Below, piece after piece: positions 56,801 through 64,000 of a DNA stretch of 64,000 nt (the stretch's first letter is position 1; every line of letters begins with the position of its first letter). A model generated the notes under the pieces. That model saw only the letters and a list, made by a program, of their open reading frames with translations. It made no database searches and was not told the DNA's origin. Source of the DNA: Octopus vulgaris. Lineage: Eukaryota. The DNA lies in NCBI GenBank assembly GCA_951406725.2, contig OX597819.1, forward strand, positions 21,080,001 to 21,144,000. The letters are read 5' to 3'. The translations under genes and the position numbers were made by a program.

Positions 56801-57125
56801 TAACCCTTCAAGGTCTAGCTCACACTTTTGGGAATTGGAAGTTGTACTGACCACCGAACTGGACGGCAATGTATAGTACCAATGTTCTTGTCTTCTCCAT
56901 CTCGAATAAAGCCCCAATACTGTAATAGCTGTTCGGCGTAGTGCTAAACAACCCGACATTTCCGAGTTTTGATATAGCGGTCTGCAAGTTCACATCGCGA
57001 CAGGTGACAGAGAGAAGAGCAGCTTCATCCAACTATTTAACCAAGAAACTGAATGAGAGAGCCAAACGCTATGAAAAGCAGTGCTCCACCATGACTCCAG
57101 ACACTACCAGTGCAATATAAAAGAT

Positions 57126-57157
<32 letters not shown>

Positions 57158-58374
57158 TATTTGCCTTTCAAGTGCTGTGGTTTTACTGAGATCTCCCTTT
57201 TAGTAGAAAGAATAGCTATAACTCTTTGACTGCTATTTCTAAATTCGGTGTGTGGTGAGGCAAATCGTTGCTAAACCCTTAATTACTTAGTATATATATA
57301 TATATACATGTTCCGAGAAACGTGTGACCAAGAAATGCAGCAATAACATTAATCTTAAAGTTAACATTGATATGATTTGAACGCCGAGCATTATTAACTA
57401 ATGCAAGATGTCGCAACGTTGTTTTATATGCAGTTGGGAGGTTGGGGGTAATTTAATGGAGATGTGGCAGTTATTTCTAGCATACCGAGTAATTGCGTAT
57501 AAGCTCACTTATTTCTCCCCCGGTGAATTGAAGCAGTGTTCTCTTACGAGAATTAACCAGAATTTAGAAACAAGAATTGCTATCGTTTTGCTTTCAAAAT
57601 ATTTCACTTTCCAGCAGCAAAATTCTTCGTTTGTAACTTTTTACAGATTTTTACAGTTTTTCTCATTTTGTATTATACTATTTTGTAATAATATCGATTA
57701 TTTTGTTTCCCCGGAGTTTAGCTTAGAAACTGATTGGCTCCACTGGGGCTGACCTACACTCGATGCACTGAGGAAAGCCGAATATATTTACCAAGTGATC
57801 GATCACATTTGAAACATCACTTCAAACATGATCAATTGAAAGGGAATTGATCCAGTCGACTGAATGGCTCCACCTTGAAATTATTCAACATCAAAAGAGA
57901 AATCAGTTTCAATTTTATTCTAGAGCCTTGCACTAAAGCATTAAATAATTCTCGGAAATTGCAAAATAGGCATGAAATAATATTGGTGTTATTGTTATTT
58001 TCGTTGCCGTTTTTTTTTCTATTTTGTTTTCTGCTACTTCTGCCAATGTTCCTGTTCTTTTTTTTGGCTGTGTTTTTTTTTTCTTTTTGGCTGCCATTTC
58101 AACCTACATCTGCCATAATTGATCAGAACTTGGTCATCGTTATTCCATCCAGGACCATCGCGTTTTCAAGCAATATTCTTGTATATTAATTTTTTGCAGA
58201 GTTGAGAAGGTTCTTCTCAGTTCATTCACATGCCCCAGGAGACCGACAAGATCATTATTAACTTGATTCGAACTCAGTTTGTAAGACAGCGTGAAGAATC
58301 TCGACATTTCAAAGTTATTGAAAATTTGAATGATCTAAAAGTATACCTGAAATTGGGTCAAGTGTTTTATCGTT

Positions 58375-58755
58375 TGATTTTTATCTGTAATTGTTCCAGT
58401 CAGTGTTGCCATGCTGAGGCATCACCGTGAAGAATTTGTAATGGAAGGAATCTATCTCAGTATGAATTTTCTTAAAGCTAGGAACTTATTTTCGTGGTTT
58501 CTTTGGCCACCAACTTCGATTTTTATGCGAAGTTGGACGAACTCGTGCAGAAAGGTACACACACAGACACACATACACACAGACACGCATACACACACAC
58601 ACACGACAGGATTCTTTCAATTTCATTCTTTAATCCACTCATAGGGCTTTGAGCAGCCCAAAGTTAAAGTAAATAATGCTTCTACACACAGGCAAACTAA
58701 ACTTGGAACCATGTGATTGGGAATCCAGTTTCTTAGCACACAGTCACGCCTGCCT
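58375..58755 (-). mobile_element. SINE family A, degenerate
   Basis: GCCATGCTG tail, CA tract, AATCCACTCATAGGGCTTT, GGAACCATGTG..CACACAGTCACGCCTGC. Confidence 0.6.
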
Positions 58756-59373
58756 CTAAAAGTCTTCAATTTGGTTAAATAAGAGGTGATATACTAGATA
58801 CTACACGTAAAATATAATTTATTAACTAAAACTTTATGCTTATTTGCAGGACGGGAGCAGTGTTCTAGATTCATTCGAAAGAAACTTCTTAAGGAAAGGG
58901 AAATCTCAGATACAATTTATTTATTTCAGCGAAATGATATCAGAGTATAAATATATTTATAATTGTAAGCGTTTTTTATTTCAATTACCGCTCTTATAGT
59001 GAAAAGGAGATGATATAATTTTTCTTTGCTGAGACAAGTGACATTCTTTATTTCAATGAATTCACACTTTTCTGATCATCTTGCGTCTAACCTAGTAATT
59101 ATAGCAGATCGTGTCCCCTATCGCTTTTCATTTTATATACAAAAAAAAAAGAGTCGATAAATGAAGTATTACTGAAAATTTCTTGGGTTTATACAATTTA
59201 TTATAATTCTCCGTTACTCATTAGGCCTGCCGACTATGTCAGAAATTAGTATTATAAGTGCATACGATGGCAGAATCAGTCGGGAATCGAAACAAATCTG
59301 TTATAAATGTATTTGGGTAATCGTACATTATAAGTTCAAATCCTGTCGGGGTTGATTTCGTTTAGCTATAGAT

Positions 59374-59416
<43 letters not shown>

Positions 59417-60391
59417 CTATTAGATATGCAAATTGAGCGGGTTTGTGCCAACATGAAAGTTTGCTGAGTGTCCTCATTGTTGAAACAAACTAGTTGTGAT
59501 ACGCAGTAATCGTTATATGGCAGTTGTCTAGATTTTAATATTGCTTAGCTGGAGTGCGTTATATTAACTAAGAGACGATTGAATGCCGCAATTATCTTTG
59601 ACAAATTTTATCTACTGCTGGGGCAAGATCCAGTTAGCCACTAGTGGAATGTCCATCCATGTTCATTATAGCTTTAAGCATCTATGATGTCTAACTGCGT
59701 TTTATTTCGTATTGTGGTGCCATAATGGAATGATTAGTTTTGACCAGCAGTAATATACTGAAATCCATTCTTATGAATTTCATACATCGTACCAAGTATA
59801 CGAAATGATTTTATTAAAACTTAACAGGTTTTGTAGCCTGCTTATCACGTAACAATATCTCGAAGTCTAAGGATTCTTGTTTCACTTGTCATTTTGCTCC
59901 AAATCAGCCCCGATCTAAATATTATATCTGGTTCTACCATACAAAACGTCCTTCATTTTCGAACATAAAAAGACCCGATTTAAAAACGATTTAGCTGCTA
60001 CAGAAAACTGGAAGAGGAACAAATAAAAGGATCAAAACTTGAATTAATAATTATATTTTATCTTCAATCTAAGAGAGCGTTTTAAAGTCATTCAGAAATA
60101 GAATCTTATTTCATGTTGCCTACATTTAATAATAGTTCCCTCTTTTACTATTATTAGAGGCAATGTTAAGTGTATCATTGTTATCGCAAAAAGCAAAACG
60201 AACAATCTATTCCCTTAACTGAATTTTCTATTCATCTCGACCCTCTTTGTAGCTTCACGATTATAACTCCATCAGATTTTCCATTTACTCGTACTATTTA
60301 TAATCAACTTTCTAATAACATCTCTAATCTCGACCATCGCTAAATATTCTATTATCTAGAAATGAGAAATATTTTGGTAGCTCATTTTTTT

Positions 60392-60424
<33 letters not shown>

Positions 60425-60634
60425 GCATTTAGACCACACTTCAAGTTGCTCATCCCTTCATGTGATCCTAGAGATGCTCATTTATCTCTTAATATATTGT
60501 TCGGAGAATATCCACTCTCATTCCCTCGACAATTCTTTATTCGTAGTAATTATATATTTTGGCGAAACCTTTTATACAGAGGAAATGTGTGTGTGTGTAT
60601 ACATTGCGTGCGTATGTTCATATATATGCGAATA

Positions 60635-61691
60635 TCTATATATATATATATATAAAACTCAACTTGTGTATTTGTGTGTGTATCTGTGTGTTTAACATCC
60701 CGGCACATCTCCTAGCCAACAAATCGTAGAACCATCAAAAATGGGTCACTTAAAGTTTAGGCGAATGAAAATTGAACTGCACTATTTCTGTTCCGAAATT
60801 CATCTCGCAAGTGCAAAATTTGATAATGTGTTTGTTTAGGCCTTATCCCATGCACTGAATAGTGAACTTTACTCAGTCAGCTGTTTGACGTGAACTGTGT
60901 TCACCACGCGTGCAAGCATGCGTAAATTGCAGGAAAAATAAAAAAATCAAGATATAAAAACGAATCGCCGTAAACATTGTAGAAATTCGGCAAAGAAAAG
61001 AATTTTCGGGATGTAGCCTGGAGGGTTTTTTCGTATTAATCGTTTGGAATTTGTGAACACATACCGATTGTTTTCATAATATTTTTAACGTTTTGAATCA
61101 CTTTAATCAAGTTTTAGCAGGCCGGATTTTTGATCATCACGATACATCGCCAGCGACTCCCTGAAACTCTACCCTGAAATCCCCGTTGAGAAATCTCTAT
61201 ATATAAAACTCAACTTGTGTGTCTCTGTGTGTGTGTCTGTGTGTTTAACTTTTGGATCTACCAAATTTCCTTATTAAGGATGGAAAGTAGTTTGTAGCAA
61301 ATCTATATATATAAAGCTGAAGTTGTCTGTGTGTGGCAGGTTTGGTAGCCTTCAACTAACACTATCTCCTTCGAGACCCTGCAGCACAAGCTGACCAAAA
61401 TTGAGAGTATGATAGACGACGGCTTGTTCTTCATTCTGTAGAAGATAAAATTCAAATCGGACCATGTTAACACCAAAAATTATTTACATCAAAAAGGTGC
61501 TTTTTTTCTATGAAGATCCCTATTTTTTTACGATTTTTGACTGCTGTGTCACCATTTTTTGGTGTATTTCAACTGGAAAAATGTTCACTTAAAGAGAATA
61601 ACAAATTGCATAAGGCGAAATTTTTACTTTTCAAAATTTGCAATTCTAAAGGGTCGAAACAAACCCAAGCAACACCGGGTGATACTGCTAG
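60635..61691 (+). mobile_element. Compound non-autonomous Helitron: three 5' ends, one 3' end
   Basis: A|TC(TA)nAAA starts at 60635, 61194 and 61302. The 3' end is ACCCAAGCAACACCGGGTGATACTGCTAG|T at 61691. Confidence 0.8.
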
Positions 61692-62990
61692 TATATATAT
61701 AAAGAGAGAGAGAGAAACAGAGAGCTCGAGACAGACAGACAGATAGACAGGCAGACAGATAGATTTGAGGAACATGCTTTAGGTTTCACCATTACAATTG
61801 TTATGTAGAAGAGTCAGTCAGAAAATGCGCGTTCTCTTCAATTATTCATGGCAAATGTGCAGTATCACGTGACAATAATTCACGTGTATAAATCTTAATT
61901 TCTTGAAAATCATGTGCAAAATCTTACAGATCAGGGTTAAACATCTACTGTGTTGATAAATATATAATGTTTCTGCAATGTTAGATTCTTAGTTACATTA
62001 TGGCAACTTCCTTCTGTGGGGAACACTTTCCCAGACTGTTAGCTACAGACAATTTTTAAGACTCATTGATGGCTCTGTCTACAGAGCCTAACTAGTTGAG
62101 GTCTTTTGTTGAAGAATGCAAAAGATTGAACGTAGAATTTTACAATTTGCAAAGAGAAATTACCACTTTTTCTATTAAAAAAAAATATTGTAGAGCGGAG
62201 CAGGAACTATCAGAGAATAAGCGATATTTTCCTGTTGTATATGCTTGCGTGCGTCTGTGTATATGCATGTGTGTGGCATGTGCATGCGTTTCTGTGTGAA
62301 CAATCTAGTAATAAAGCGTATTTTGGGGTGAGTGAATGCGTACATATGTTGCGTGATACTGTGTTTTTAATGAATTCAGTAAGTCGAATATAACTTTACG
62401 CTCCTTCATCATCTGCATCAGAAAACGTAGTTTAATAAAATAATATGCTACATAGAAGGAAAGCGCTCAGTACATAACGTGTTGTTGCAATTATGTACAT
62501 CGGGAGAAATATTTGCATGTTCGAAGTTTAAGTATAAATCATGGAGTTGTTAGTGCAACTGAAATTCATTTGTAACGGTATTTGAATTGAAAGTCTTATA
62601 ACTAAAATATATAAAGAATTTCTAATGTATGGTACCGAAAATATTCTTTGCAACATTAGGACGAACGCGTAAAATAAAGAGGGAAACGTGCCACATTATG
62701 CTTTGAATAGCAACATCGCGTGTATGAATATCAGTGTTCTGGTGTAATTAATGTCTTCTATAGATGGTCGTTGTTATGGTCGAAGAGTTTGCTATGAAAC
62801 TACGAGGACAAAGGTTCGAGTAAACAGCGGCTTTTTGGAAAATGTTCAACCATAGCGTGGGAACGACAAATAACTTGTCAAAGGAGTTTTCTAGAAGCAC
62901 ATACAGAAAATGTAGTCCTCGCTCGAATACTCGCATGAAACACAAACGTGCAAACATATACAAATACGCATGCATACATACATACATACA

Positions 62991-63026
<36 letters not shown>

Positions 63027-63134
63027 TATATATGAAATATACATACACGGGTAAACACACAACTGCAAAAAAATAGTACCCGAATAACGGAGATAGTGTA
63101 ATATGCTCTTTATTATTAAAATAATGATAAAACA

Positions 63135-63184
<50 letters not shown>

Positions 63185-64000
63185 TCAACAATTTCGATGA
63201 GTCATAAAAAAAAGGGTTGAATTGAATTGTATAAAAACAATCCAATAAATGACTGGTACCTATTTTGATGACGTTGAAGTTTTAGAAGTTAAAAAACGAC
63301 TCCAGCAAGATTTGAACTGAAAACTTTTTTAAAAATACGAATTAATTACAGTGCATAGAATTTTATCATGCACTGAACTTTTGATGGTAATTATAATGAT
63401 TAAAATTGAAAAAAATAATATTATTGCTATTAATAAGAACTCTTGCTCCACAATTACATCAAGAAGTATAAATTAATAGCGGAAATAATAAAATAATGAG
63501 AGAAACAGAAACGAAAGAGGATCGAGAAGGAGAAAATTAGAAATAAACATTACCGTAAAACAAATATGACTAATTAAATAATTAAAAAAAATAATTATTT
63601 ACAACTAACAAAATATAATAATAAATTAAATGAGCGCAAACAGTAACATTATGATCAGCAGAAGCAACAACAGCAGTCAAATCAATATTAAAACAAACTG
63701 CTTTTTCGTTTTTTTTTTAATTAAATTCGAAAGGAAACATTTTAGTATTAACATTAAACTAATGAATTAAAACCTGCAATTAACATTGGAACTACATATA
63801 AATATATATTATAACCGGGTGAGAAAAACAGAGCAAACATTCCAATAAAATAATTGACATCAAAGAACAGATTAAATATTTTAATAAGTTGAAGTATAAA
63901 TTAATTTCCTTATTATTATTATTACTGCGAATTTTTTCGTGATTTTAGAAATACATCTAACATTTCCTTACATATACACAAACACACACACATTATTATT

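Overview
This is AT-rich, repeat-dense eukaryotic DNA, not a prokaryotic window. The (TA)n/(CA)n/(TACA)n/(AAT)n load and the tRNA-derived SINE families match my recollection of Octopus genomes (inference, not a database result). I recognise no intact host protein-coding gene; almost all ORFs in the track are microsatellite artefacts or decayed transposon frames. Content: three tRNA-SINE families in multiple copies; LINE relics of the R4/Dong, RTE, CR1-like and Tx1 clades; two Penelope-like (GIY-YIG) relics; a compound Helitron; hAT, mariner and other MITE-like elements; and large simple-repeat arrays. The main signal the ORF track misses is a set of short non-coding elements inside (TA)n tracts that carry type I hammerhead-ribozyme cores (CUGAnGA...GAAA...UH), often with inverted-duplicated arms. 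They look like several families of non-autonomous Penelope/retrozyme-like elements. A few isolated exon-like segments may belong to unannotated spliced transcripts. All alignments and folds were done by eye, and element boundaries are approximate.
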